Of a stretch of DNA of 64,000 bases, positions 38,996 to 47,773 are shown piece after piece. Source of the stretch: an uncultured Methanosarcinales archaeon. GTDB lineage: Archaea > Nanobdellota > Nanobdellia > Woesearchaeales > ARS49. Where the stretch lies: positions 39,916 through 103,915 of the forward strand of contig CAYHOF010000001.1 of NCBI GenBank assembly GCA_964358315.1, in the 5' to 3' direction. Every line of letters starts with the position of its first letter. Positions within the stretch are counted from its first letter, which is position 1. The translations under genes were made by a program, and so were the position numbers. Below the pieces are notes generated by a model. The model was not told the DNA's origin, made no database searches, and saw only the letters and a program-made list of their open reading frames with translations.

Positions 38996-40030
38996 TCAGA
39001 AAAACCAGCTTACTGTTTTGAGGATGCCTTGTTTCCATGGCACGCGATGCGTCACACCGCTCTTGTCCTCGAATTCTTTGTAGTGGTCGAGGTACCATTG
39101 GTAGGTCCGGATGAGCGCTTGCTTGTTGGAATACTTGGGTGCGAAGCCGAGCTTCTGTTCCGCTTTTTCTATGGAAACGAACGAGTCGTGCGGTGCCGTC
39201 TCGTAGACCCACTTGTATAATGGCGAGAGACGGAGCGCTTCAAGGACGCGCAGGGTCCAGATCGTGAGCCACGCAGGCGTCGTCACGATGTCCTTGTCAT
39301 GGCCGGCGTACGCGAGCACTGCGCCGAAGTCCTCTTTCATGGTCGTGAATTCCTTGGCGCCGATGTTGAACGTGTCGTTCACCACCTTCGCGGGCTTTGT
39401 CGCGCACAGCAGTATCGCATCGCACAAGTCCTCGACATCAAGCAGTTGGTACTTGTTCGTGCCGTCGCCCACGATGGGCACGTTCTTGCCTCTGCGTATC
39501 CAGTCGAAATAGATCGCGAACACGCCAAGACGCTCGGGACCCACGAATGACTTCGGCCGCAGCACTGCAACAATCATGCCTTCTTTGCGCGCTTCCTCAC
39601 AATGTCGCTCGGCCTGGATTTTCGCCTTGCCATACGGGCCCACACCATCGATCTTGTCGGTCTCGAACAACGGGTGATGATCCGGAATGCCGTACACTGC
39701 GGTCGACGAGATGTGGATGACGCGCTTGACGTTGTTGTTTTTTGCTGCCTCGAGCACGTTGTGCGTCCCATCGATCTCAGTGGTCATGATATCCTGCGGC
39801 GTGTAGAGCGGCAGTGCCGCCGCGCAGTGCACGACCACGTCGACGCCCTTCATCGCAGCGTTGAGCGCATTGACGTCGCGGATGTCGCCCTGGACGATCT
39901 CGTACTTCTCCTTGTCAGGATAGTCGAAAGGTGCGATGTCGAACGAGCGCACCGTGTGCTTGCGCGCCACAAGATGCCGGCACAGATTGATGCCGAGGAA
40001 GCCCGCGCCGCCAGTGATGAGGAACTTCAT
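38996..40030 (-). CDS. NAD-dependent epimerase/dehydratase (extended SDR)
   Basis: TGGAGFLG, HCAA, ISSTAVYG, YGKAK; TATA at 40052-40059. Confidence 0.92.
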   Translation of the reverse strand: MKFLITGGAGFLGINLCRHLVARKHTVRSFDIAPFDYPDKEKYEIVQGDIRDVNALNAAMKGVDVVVHCAAALPLYTPQDIMTTEIDGTHNVLEAAKNNNVKRVIHISSTAVYGIPDHHPLFETDKIDGVGPYGKAKIQAERHCEEARKEGMIVAVLRPKSFVGPERLGVFAIYFDWIRRGKNVPIVGDGTNKYQLLDVEDLCDAILLCATKPAKVVNDTFNIGAKEFTTMKEDFGAVLAYAGHDKDIVTTPAWLTIWTLRVLEALRLSPLYKWVYETAPHDSFVSIEKAEQKLGFAPKYSNKQALIRTYQWYLDHYKEFEDKSGVTHRVPWKQGILKTVSWFF

Positions 40031-40111
40031 ACGGTTGCGTCCCATCTGGACTATTTATAGAGTTTATGGATTCCAATAAGGATTATATATCCCGGACATC
40101 ACACGTAGTAT

Positions 40112-41278
40112 ATGCGTCGCACGACACGACTGATCATCGTTGTCCTTCTTGTCGTTGTCCTCATCATCCTCGGCACCTACCAATACCTCAACTACAACCC
40201 GCCGCGCGCCATCTTCGGCATCACGCCCACCGCTGTCCCTGCCGCGCGTTCTCCTATCACTCTTGATGACGTGACCGTCGTCGCAAGCGGCCTCTTGATT
40301 CCCTGGGATATGGTGTGGCTGCCGGATGGCGACATGCTCGTGACCGAAAGGCCGGGACGGATCAGGCGTGTAGGCGAGCGCAACGTCACGATCGTCGTTC
40401 CGTCTTCATCGGCCATCTTCAAACAGCAAGAAGCAGGACTGCTTGGCATCGTGCTGCACCCGGATTTCGCCACCAACAACCTGCTCTATGTCTACCAGAC
40501 AAAGACCACTGAGGAGGGCGCGAGCAATTACATCGAGCGCTACACGCTTGTCGACAACACCCTTGCCGACAGGAAGCTCATCCTCGGTCCCCTGCCAGGT
40601 GCGATCTATCACGACGGCGGCAAGATGGCGTTCGGACCTGATGGCAAACTGTACGTGACGGTCGGTGATGCCACGGACGAGACTCTTGCGCAAGACCTCA
40701 AGCACTTCAACGGCAAGCTGTTGCGCATGAACGACGACGGCACGCCTGCGGCAGACAACCCGTACAAGGACGAGAACAATATCGCGACCAACTATGTCTG
40801 GTCGTACGGTCATCGCAACTCGCAAGGCATCGCGTGGGACGACAAAGGTCGTTTGTGGTCGACAGAACACGGCCGCTCCGGCGCTTTGTCCGGCTATGAC
40901 GAACTGAACCTGATCGAGAAAGGCAAGAATTATGGATGGCCCGTCATTGAAGGATCTGAGACAAAGGATGGCATGGAAGCGCCCGTCTTCCAAAGCGGCG
41001 CTGACGAGACGTGGGCGCCAGGCATGATCGTGTTCCACGACGGATCATTATGGTTCACCGGCCTGCGCGGCGAGACCCTCTACGAAGCAGTCATCGACGA
41101 CAGCGGACCCAGACCGAAAATCACGTTGCGCTCGCATCTGCGCCAAGCGCTCGGACGCCTGCGCGCACTCGAGATAGGACCTGACGACAAGCTCTATCTG
41201 AGCACGAGCAACACAGACGGACGCGGCAACCCTCGAGAAGGGGATGATAAAGTCGTCCGAATCGAACGTATTGGCTGA
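40112..41278 (+). CDS. PQQ-dependent aldose sugar dehydrogenase (GSDH family)
   Basis: PWDMVWLPDG, GLLGIVLHPDF, HDGGKMAFGPDG, YGHRNSQG, GKNYGWP, GRLR; N-terminal TM. Confidence 0.9.
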   Translation: MRRTTRLIIVVLLVVVLIILGTYQYLNYNPPRAIFGITPTAVPAARSPITLDDVTVVASGLLIPWDMVWLPDGDMLVTERPGRIRRVGERNVTIVVPSSSAIFKQQEAGLLGIVLHPDFATNNLLYVYQTKTTEEGASNYIERYTLVDNTLADRKLILGPLPGAIYHDGGKMAFGPDGKLYVTVGDATDETLAQDLKHFNGKLLRMNDDGTPAADNPYKDENNIATNYVWSYGHRNSQGIAWDDKGRLWSTEHGRSGALSGYDELNLIEKGKNYGWPVIEGSETKDGMEAPVFQSGADETWAPGMIVFHDGSLWFTGLRGETLYEAVIDDSGPRPKITLRSHLRQALGRLRALEIGPDDKLYLSTSNTDGRGNPREGDDKVVRIERIG

Positions 41279-41284
41279 ATTTCT

Positions 41285-41300
41285 GCCGGAAAAATCACGG
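41285..41300 (+). promoter_or_regulatory. Shared upstream motif copy 1 (GCCGGAAAAATCACGG)
   Basis: CCGG starts 61 nt before PIN ATG; overlaps palindrome AAAAATC-ACG-GATTTTT. Confidence 0.65.
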
Positions 41301-41346
41301 ATTTTTGAGGGTAACGCATTTTAATGATAGAGATACGTACTACTGC

Positions 41347-41757
41347 ATGAGTAAACTCATTTATTGCGACACGAATGTGTACATGGACCACTTTCTTGGC
41401 AGAAGCGACAGATTCGCGCCTCTCGATGAGTTTGCAGCGCAAGTCTTCAGGCGATCCCTTGAATGTGAATTCACCATCATCGTTTCTGATTGGGTATTGG
41501 CAGAACTCGCGGCACACGGCATGTCCAGCCACATGGCGAGATGGTTGGAACGGTTCCATGCACGAAAGAAGGTTGTATTAGTAACGGCCGATGAGAATGA
41601 TAAGACTGCGGCGCGACGACTCCCGATACATTTCAGCGATGCCGTGCATGCGGTGCTGGCGCACCGTCATGGCGCGCAGAACATCGTCACGAACAATATC
41701 AAAGACTTTCTGCCCTTTACAAACACAGTGCCGTGCGTCGCACCGAGATTCTTATAA
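41347..41757 (+). CDS. vapC: PIN-domain (VapC-like) ribonuclease toxin
   Basis: IYCDTNV, VLAEL, SDAVHAVLA, IVTNNIKDF. Confidence 0.85.
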   Translation: MSKLIYCDTNVYMDHFLGRSDRFAPLDEFAAQVFRRSLECEFTIIVSDWVLAELAAHGMSSHMARWLERFHARKKVVLVTADENDKTAARRLPIHFSDAVHAVLAHRHGAQNIVTNNIKDFLPFTNTVPCVAPRFL

Positions 41758-41904
41758 TCCCTTCCTGCGGAAGAACTCTTCTGCGAGCTTGTCGCGTTCT
41801 TGTTTGGACAAGATCCTCACAGGTGGGCAGCTACCTCGTAGTGCTTCTATCGCGGCGATATCCGCGTCGACATCCCTGCGGTGCTTACTCACGGTCTTCT
41901 CCAT
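41752..41904 (-). CDS. Small antitoxin-like peptide (MEKTVSKHRRDVDADIAAIEALRGSCPPVRILSKQERDKLAEEFFRRKGL), not in ORF track
   Basis: Translated by hand (alternative start 41910); own TATA-like AATAAATA and motif copy 2; stop region overlaps PIN stop convergently. Confidence 0.55.
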   Translation of the reverse strand: MEKTVSKHRRDVDADIAAIEALRGSCPPVRILSKQERDKLAEEFFRRKGL

Positions 41905-41951
41905 GGTCATGACATATGCATTGTCGGTATTTATTCTTTTGCCCGCAAATC

Positions 41952-41967
41952 CCGTGATTCTTCCGGC
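41952..41967 (-). promoter_or_regulatory. Shared upstream motif copy 2 (GCCGGAAGAATCACGG)
   Basis: 15/16 identical to copy 1, 62 nt before ATG 41904. Confidence 0.65.
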
Positions 41968-41997
41968 CTACAATCATGTCAAGAATGAGTAGTGGAT

Positions 41998-42016
41998 AAA
42001 GAAAAAAACAAAAAAA
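41998..42016 (-). terminator. Oligo-U archaeal terminator after CxxC-x17-CxxC gene
   Basis: Long T tract on minus strand about 30 nt downstream of stop 42046. Confidence 0.5.
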
Positions 42017-42045
42017 TTGATGTGCTAGGAGCGAGTGTATCGTTC

Positions 42046-42210
42046 TTAGAACTTCTTGTGCTTGCTGAAGCAGTCCCTGCAGTAGACCGGGCGGTCTGCC
42101 TTGGGCTTGAAAGGCACTTCGCATTCTTTACCGCAGTCTGCGCATGTTGCCTTGTGCATCTCGCGAGGGCCGCCGAAGCCGCCACCGCCTTGTCTGTCTC
42201 CAAATGCCAT
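42046..42210 (-). CDS. CxxC-x17-CxxC zinc-ribbon protein (54 aa), not in ORF track
   Basis: Hand translation MAFGDRQGGGGFGGPREMHKATCADCGKECEVPFKPKADRPVYCRDCFSKHKKF; GAGGA SD. Confidence 0.9.
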   Translation of the reverse strand: MAFGDRQGGGGFGGPREMHKATCADCGKECEVPFKPKADRPVYCRDCFSKHKKF

Positions 42211-42404
42211 GTTTAATTCCTCTGTGTTACGTCGTACTTGCGTACGATGTTCGTTTACTTATCTTCTGCTTATACGTCATCCCCTTACGAGAACCCACAT
42301 ATAGCTAGAGCCAAAAAAGCACGGACCCTATATAAAACTATGCCCTTTATATAACTAGGAAGTGATGAAACACTCATTGTCTTGAGCGGCATCAACCTTA
42401 AATA

Positions 42405-42878
42405 TTGTCCGAACATCGAAAGCTCTGTTTGGCAGACTATGTGAAAAAAATTCGTGAACATATCGTTTTTACGGTGACGTTAGTTACCTTTTTTGCAGTT
42501 TTTGTTCAGGTATTTCTGCAACATGCTGCGGTATCAGCGTCTCAGACCATTTCGATTGATCCGGGTAAGGCGTTTTTGGGCTATTCTTCGGTGATTGTTT
42601 TCTTTATATTCTCATATGTTTTTCTCGGCGATATACGTTATGATAATCATCGTTTGTCAAAAATCGTGAACGTTCTGCTGTTAACAGAGATGGTATTGAT
42701 TGCGCTATCTACATCATACTTGGCTTCGTTCGATTGGATAACTTCAATCAGTGTAGGGTGGCCATTAGTTGTGTTGTTGAATACTATACTCTACGTCGCA
42801 ATTGGCTTGATGCCCGTCATCATTTTTGTCGTTATACTCATTTGGCGTTTTTCCCTTAAGAGTAAAGGTGTTCTATGA
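42405..42878 (+). CDS. Membrane hypothetical protein (AT-rich island; start may be GTG 42441)
   Basis: Four hydrophobic segments, AT-rich codons, ATGA overlap with next gene. Confidence 0.6.
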   Translation: MSEHRKLCLADYVKKIREHIVFTVTLVTFFAVFVQVFLQHAAVSASQTISIDPGKAFLGYSSVIVFFIFSYVFLGDIRYDNHRLSKIVNVLLLTEMVLIALSTSYLASFDWITSISVGWPLVVLLNTILYVAIGLMPVIIFVVILIWRFSLKSKGVL

Positions 42879-43561
42879 GCTTTTTCGAAAAAAGGTTCTT
42901 AGGACGTGGAGTGAAATTTTACTTTATTGTTAATTCTAGCATCCCGATGGTGCAGTGGCATCTGTGGAAGATTGATATGAACACTGAGAGCCCACTTGCA
43001 GACTATTACCAACGAATTGACGTAAGCGATTATGTATCGGGTGGCTTCGGCAAATGGAAGAACTGGAAGCAAGTCAAGGTCGTTGCACTTCATGCTAGTT
43101 TCAAAATTAAAAGTTCACGTGCTGAAAAGTATTACTATGCTATGTTCAAGAACTTTACAAGTTGGTTTATCAATTACTGTAAAATCAAGGGTATTGAGTG
43201 TAGAGTCTACGATTTTCAAATGCTGTACAAACTCGAGCCTGAAGAGAAGAGTGGAGAATTCTGCCCCGTACCGTCGTTAAGGAAAATTGCAAATGAAATA
43301 ATCCGTCCTCCAGTATCTCTTCCAACACCTCCGAACACGGGCGAGGAAATTGTTTCCCTTGCTTTGAAACAGACCGCTCTCAACAAGCGCGCGCTAGATG
43401 CTATGATAAACGCAGTTAAACTAAAATATGGCTCTGCATATATTGGATTACCAATGCTTCAGGTGAAAGACGCAAACACTGGTGAACTTGAACTTTTTGT
43501 GGCAGAACCGGGTATGGAAGTTTATTTCCCGGCGAAAAAGAGAAGTGTGCAGCTTCCTTGA
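42875..43561 (+). CDS. Hypothetical protein (AT-rich island)
   Basis: 228-aa ORF in AT-rich DNA, coupled to upstream gene. Confidence 0.6.
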   Translation: MSFFEKRFLGRGVKFYFIVNSSIPMVQWHLWKIDMNTESPLADYYQRIDVSDYVSGGFGKWKNWKQVKVVALHASFKIKSSRAEKYYYAMFKNFTSWFINYCKIKGIECRVYDFQMLYKLEPEEKSGEFCPVPSLRKIANEIIRPPVSLPTPPNTGEEIVSLALKQTALNKRALDAMINAVKLKYGSAYIGLPMLQVKDANTGELELFVAEPGMEVYFPAKKRSVQLP

Positions 43562-43663
43562 TTCATTTTAAGTTGATTTTTAATTATTCGTTCACAATCT
43601 TTTTATCCTGTTGTTCAGTAATCATAATCTGCCTTTTTCTGAAGGGGTGGGAAGGCCTCGATC

Positions 43664-44344
43664 ATGGACCACGTCAGGCTTGAAGACCGGATCAAGGAGC
43701 TCTCGAAGGAGGGCAAGACATTGCCTGTTTCCGAACGTTTGGGTGACTGGGGGTATCATGCCTGGCAGCTCAAGGTCGCAGCGCTCAAGGTCGAATTCAC
43801 GTGCCTGGCGGCGACCGAACTCAGCGAGTTCGCCGCGCAGATCGGCACTAGCTACGCTGGTTATGACCAGACATCCTTCTGGACGCGCACTGCGTGCATG
43901 GCGTTCGGCATCGCCTGTGGTTATGTCACTGCAGTCGCCACGCACCTCCACACGCCGCGGCACACCATTGAGACCGACAAGCCATTGACGACCGTCATCG
44001 CTGAATCACTCAGCGCCGCGTATCGCGGTTTCGGCACGTTGCGGCGTTTTGTGTTCTGTGAAGGCACACCTGACTATCGCGAAGAGCGCTGGCAGCACAT
44101 CAAAGGCGCATTCAAGCACGCCGTCTGGGGCGAACTCTTTGGCTGCGTCACGACAGGAGCGGTGGCCGAGAACGTGATCACCAGCATGCTCGGCGGCAAC
44201 AAGTTCTCGTTCGACCAACCCGAATTCTACACCATCCGACTCGGCTCACTCATCCCTGCATATCTCATGGCAAGCGCGGTCGTCGCGCTCAGCTACGGCT
44301 ACGAATCGCACAAACAGTGCGCGGGAATGGAACACGAACACTAA
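43664..44344 (+). CDS. Hypothetical membrane-associated protein
   Basis: 226-aa ORF with host-like codon usage and hydrophobic segments. Confidence 0.55.
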   Translation: MDHVRLEDRIKELSKEGKTLPVSERLGDWGYHAWQLKVAALKVEFTCLAATELSEFAAQIGTSYAGYDQTSFWTRTACMAFGIACGYVTAVATHLHTPRHTIETDKPLTTVIAESLSAAYRGFGTLRRFVFCEGTPDYREERWQHIKGAFKHAVWGELFGCVTTGAVAENVITSMLGGNKFSFDQPEFYTIRLGSLIPAYLMASAVVALSYGYESHKQCAGMEHEH

Positions 44345-44432
44345 GCGCGTGTCCGGAAATCTGACGAATTTCTTCTGTTAATTCTCCATTTAGATCACAA
44401 GTCTTTTAGATCCTGACCTGTGCTGTATAGGG

Positions 44433-45119
44433 ATGAATCCACATAATGAAATTTTGTCGTATACTGAATTATGTTCTCTTGTTGGTGGAAGCATACAGAA
44501 AGGAATCAATATTCGTTACCGCGGTAAGGAAACAATATTATTGATGTCTCAAAGAAAGAATGCTCCATGCCAGGATAGATATGACCCTTCTAGAAACATC
44601 TTAGAATATGTAGGTCATGATGTAAGGAAAACATTGCAAACGCCACGTCCAAGAGAACTTGATCAGCCACTCATTTCCGAAAAAGGCACTCCTTCAGATA
44701 ATGCTAAACTGATTAACTTCTTAACACGTTCTGGCGTCTTAAGTTCGCCTGAGCGTGTGCATATTTTTGAAAAGCTACAACCAAATATTTGGGCAGACAA
44801 AGGCATATTTGAACTAATTTCGTATAGGGAGACCGTTGCCAGTAATCGCAGGATATTTGTTTTTGAATTGAAACCTGTTCCTTATGATACTCATACTGTT
44901 CTTTCAGATGACTTTGAACACACGAGGCTTATTCCGAGCGAAATAAAAGTGATAGTTTGGAAGCGAGATAAAGGTAAATGTGTTGTGTGCGGTTCAGACA
45001 AAAACCTTCACTACGACCACGATTTGCCATTTTCAAAGGGCGGTACTAGTTTCCTTGTTGAAAACATTCGTATTCTTTGTGCTAAATGCAACTTGAAGAA
45101 GGGCGCAAAGATAGAATGA
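44433..45119 (+). CDS. HNH endonuclease with N-terminal SRA/PUA-like domain (putative modification-dependent restriction enzyme)
   Basis: RDKGKCVVCG..LHYDHDLPFSKGG..NIRILCAKCNLKK; N-terminal KGIN..QDRYD..LEYVGHD..DQ..DNAKL resembles SRA/YDG. Confidence 0.75.
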   Translation: MNPHNEILSYTELCSLVGGSIQKGINIRYRGKETILLMSQRKNAPCQDRYDPSRNILEYVGHDVRKTLQTPRPRELDQPLISEKGTPSDNAKLINFLTRSGVLSSPERVHIFEKLQPNIWADKGIFELISYRETVASNRRIFVFELKPVPYDTHTVLSDDFEHTRLIPSEIKVIVWKRDKGKCVVCGSDKNLHYDHDLPFSKGGTSFLVENIRILCAKCNLKKGAKIE

Positions 45120-45143
45120 CGTGGGGATACTGCTCGGTTAATC

Positions 45144-45569
45144 CTATTTTTCATAGAGTATGAAGTGAGGTAACTTCAATACTCCAGTGTAGTTGAACAT
45201 TCTATAGCCCGCTCGACGAGCTTTTGAAGAGAGAACTCTCCGTCTTAGATTTGCTGCGGGTACAAATGGATAGAACCATATTGCTTGTTTCTCGCTACCT
45301 TTTTCTTGCCACTTGAAGTTAATGATGAGTGGCGGCATGAGATGCCCTGCCTTCTTAACTTTTTGATATATGTCCCAGCCTGCGCCGAACACTTCGTTCT
45401 TGGGCTTGCAGAAATTCGTTTTTACTTGTGCCCTGAAGAGACAACCTGTGCACTGAAGATCAACCATTGGATAATTCCTTGGTAGCATCATTAGCTTACG
45501 GCCACAGTTAGGGCACTTGACTTTTTTAATGACCTCCGCTTCTCCTGCATCCCCTTCTTTACTTGTCAT
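45144..45569 (-). CDS. DpnI-like (Dam-replacing family) PD-(D/E)xK nuclease domain, without winged-helix domain
   Basis: CPNCG..LPRNYPMVDLQCTGC..AQVKT, GAGW, LSSKARRAGY parallel DpnI CPNCG..NNRPVADFYC..ELKS..ARRAGW. Confidence 0.75.
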   Translation of the reverse strand: MTSKEGDAGEAEVIKKVKCPNCGRKLMMLPRNYPMVDLQCTGCLFRAQVKTNFCKPKNEVFGAGWDIYQKVKKAGHLMPPLIINFKWQEKGSEKQAIWFYPFVPAANLRRRVLSSKARRAGYRMFNYTGVLKLPHFILYEK

Positions 45570-45655
45570 TCTTCTGAAAATGAAGATCTTACTATTTAGA
45601 TCTATTCTTGTTCCCAACCGCAACCCTTTTTAACCCCGTTCTCTATGGTTTGTGC

Positions 45656-46081
45656 ATGGCTCTCAAACTACCTGATTCAATGGATGAGTGTGCGTATTTC
45701 ACGCGCCGGACTATCAATGAAGGCAAGGGCAGGATCATGGCGTGGGTGTTCCGTGGTTCGTGTCCGAAGTGCAGGAAGGCGCTCATGGGCAAGCCCAGGA
45801 ACGATACGGGTGGCGTGAAGATCCGATCGTTGGAGTATGTATGTCCGGCATGCAGCCACACGGTCGAGAAGAAGGCGTACGAGGACACGCTGACGTGCAA
45901 CATCCAGTACACGTGCCCGTACTGCAAGAAGTCCGGCGAGGCGCAAGCGCCCTTCCAGCGCAGGACGTTCGAAGGCGCGAAGGCGGTCGTGTTCGAGTGC
46001 GGTTCGTGCAAGAAGAAGTTAGGAGTCACGAAGAAGATGAAAGTGGGCAAAGGAAGCCCTATTGAGGACGATGATGACTAA
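45656..46081 (+). CDS. Multi zinc-ribbon protein (four CxxC)
   Basis: CPKC, CPAC, CPYC, CGSC; TTTTTAA box upstream. Confidence 0.8.
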   Translation: MALKLPDSMDECAYFTRRTINEGKGRIMAWVFRGSCPKCRKALMGKPRNDTGGVKIRSLEYVCPACSHTVEKKAYEDTLTCNIQYTCPYCKKSGEAQAPFQRRTFEGAKAVVFECGSCKKKLGVTKKMKVGKGSPIEDDDD

Positions 46082-46090
46082 GGAGGACCT

Positions 46091-46597
46091 ATGAGAACGA
46101 TCGTTGTCGTGTTGATGATTCTCGCGCTCGTGGCTGCGTGCGCGCCGGCGAGCCAGCCTACTGCACAGCGTCCGTCTGGCCAAAGTCCGCCTATTATCGA
46201 GCCTGATGCACAGAAGATCCCGACGTTGCTGCCCACGGACGTCAAGTTCACGTTCACCAAGTGCTTCACGACGCGCTACAGCAACAGGGACGCGTCGAAC
46301 GTGAACCTCGAAGCGTCCGGCACCGCGCAGGGTCCAAGTGGCATGATATTCTCGATCCGCAGCGACAAAGTGCCCACGGCCACGATCACGGAGTGCGGCG
46401 CGTGGACGTTCCGCAACGACACGAAGACCTGCCTCCGTGGGGAAGGCCAGCCGGCAGAGACCACGTGGAAAGGCAAGGATGTCGCGCTCGTGCCAGGCGA
46501 CCAGCACGGACGACAGCTCGTGCTCACGCCGACAGTCAACATCGGCGATGGCGTGAGGATCATGAACGACCTGGCATTCACGGTCACGTGCGATTGA
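46091..46597 (+). CDS. Hypothetical lipoprotein
   Basis: GGAGG SD, lipobox-like VAAC, Pro/Gln linker. Confidence 0.75.
   Translation: MRTIVVVLMILALVAACAPASQPTAQRPSGQSPPIIEPDAQKIPTLLPTDVKFTFTKCFTTRYSNRDASNVNLEASGTAQGPSGMIFSIRSDKVPTATITECGAWTFRNDTKTCLRGEGQPAETTWKGKDVALVPGDQHGRQLVLTPTVNIGDGVRIMNDLAFTVTCD
46567..46597 (+). repeat. 31-bp direct repeat, left copy (3' end of lipoprotein gene)
   Basis: CGACCTGGCATTCACGGTCACGTGCGATTGA; 30/31 identical to 47203..47233. Confidence 0.9.
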
Positions 46598-46614
46598 CGG
46601 CGTTGTTGTAGCCG

Positions 46615-46881
46615 TTATACTGCATAGATCTTGTCGTGATGCTCGAAGTCAACGAGAGTGACTGTCGTTGCGGCTTCATCAACCATGAATGTGAGGACGA
46701 AACAGCTGTCGATATGCACCCGCTTCAGGTGTTGATATGGCCGTCTGAGGTTCTTGTAGTGGTGCGGGTTCTCAAGGATTTCATCCACTTTTTTCAGGAT
46801 GATGTCGTAACGGTGCCGGTTCTTCTTTGCCAGGCGTGCCAGTTCACGTTCGAGCGTAGGTAGTATGTTCAGTGTGTACAT
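46615..46881 (-). CDS. RelE/ParE-superfamily toxin
   Basis: ILENPHHYKNLR..LKRVHIDSCFVLTF..DFEHHDKIY. Confidence 0.85.
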   Translation of the reverse strand: MYTLNILPTLERELARLAKKNRHRYDIILKKVDEILENPHHYKNLRRPYQHLKRVHIDSCFVLTFMVDEAATTVTLVDFEHHDKIYAV

Positions 46882-47120
46882 CAGCGAGAGTGCCTCTTAC
46901 GGAGGTTCTCGACAGTGCCCACCTTTATCGGTGTCTCTTTGAGGAGTCTCGACAATTTCCGGGCGTATGCGGGCCGCAATTCTGGCTCGAGGACGTTCTC
47001 TTCGTACTGCTCTGCCATGATGTCGATGGCGGCAGACTTGTCCCGAAGGCCGTACTTTGCTTTCAGGATATTGAGTACCCTATTTGTGTGGTCCGAGATG
47101 TCGATTATCGCTTGCACCAT
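46881..47120 (-). CDS. Antitoxin (DUF2683-like)
   Basis: MVQAIIDISDHTNRVLNILKAKYGLRDKSAAI..EPELRPAY; TGATG overlap with toxin; GGAGG SD. Confidence 0.8.
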   Translation of the reverse strand: MVQAIIDISDHTNRVLNILKAKYGLRDKSAAIDIMAEQYEENVLEPELRPAYARKLSRLLKETPIKVGTVENLRKRHSR

Positions 47121-47202
47121 ATCCTCCGTTATATCTTTTCTAGTATATTAATATTATGTTAATATCATATGAATATTAGTGCCAGATCACGTCCGTGAAT
47201 TT

Positions 47203-47233
47203 CGACCTGGCAATCACGGTCACGTGCGATTGA
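47203..47233 (+). repeat. 31-bp direct repeat, right copy
   Basis: CGACCTGGCAATCACGGTCACGTGCGATTGA. Confidence 0.9.
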
Positions 47234-47239
47234 TTAGTC

Positions 47240-47455
47240 CTACGCTGCACCTTGCACAACCCATTTCTTCGGGATGTACCTGATGCTCCCCTTCACGTTG
47301 ACTTCGCAGCAATGGTGTTTGTCCTCATCCTGGATGAGGCGGGACTTGTTGATTGTCGCTGCCCGCAGATTACCGGTGTCGCCAAGAATTGACAGATAGA
47401 AGAACCTCTTATCGCCGATGACCTTGAACGGTATCGGGACGGTGTTAGTTGTCAT
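47240..47455 (-). CDS. Small hypothetical protein (71 aa)
   Basis: Overlaps end of upstream HTH gene; start at MTTNT inferred. Confidence 0.45.
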   Translation of the reverse strand: MTTNTVPIPFKVIGDKRFFYLSILGDTGNLRAATINKSRLIQDEDKHHCCEVNVKGSIRYIPKKWVVQGAA

Positions 47456-47633
47456 ATGGTACGAGGAATCCTTCGCGCTCAAGCTTTTGCACGAGACGTG
47501 AAATGGTCGTCAAGGGTATATGGGTCGCTTTGTACATGTCGACCATGTCGACAGTGCGTTGTCCTCGGTGCTTCATCTTCACGATTTCGCGTCTCAAGGT
47601 ATCCAGTCGCGCATCTCTTTTTGTTGTCGCCAT
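47445..47633 (-). CDS. Small winged-HTH protein (62 aa)
   Basis: DMYKATHIPLTTISRLVQKLEREGFL HTH pattern; TATA-like TTAATAAA and motif copy 3 upstream. Confidence 0.65.
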   Translation of the reverse strand: MATTKRDARLDTLRREIVKMKHRGQRTVDMVDMYKATHIPLTTISRLVQKLEREGFLVPYDN

Positions 47634-47680
47634 GAAAGTATTGATGGCGCCAGTTTTTATTAATCTTTCCTCGAAAAAAG

Positions 47681-47728
47681 CGTGATTTTTCCGGCGGTAC
47701 ACTAGGTGTGCGTCCGAAAATATCACGG
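47681..47728. promoter_or_regulatory. Back-to-back motif copies 3 (minus, GCCGGAAAAATCACG) and 4 (plus, CCGAAAATATCACGG)
   Basis: Copy 3 is 61 nt before ATG 47633; copy 4 is 60 nt before ATG 47774. Confidence 0.65.
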
Positions 47729-47773
47729 AATTCCGAGCAAAGAGATATATAGAATCAGACGTCATTACGTATT

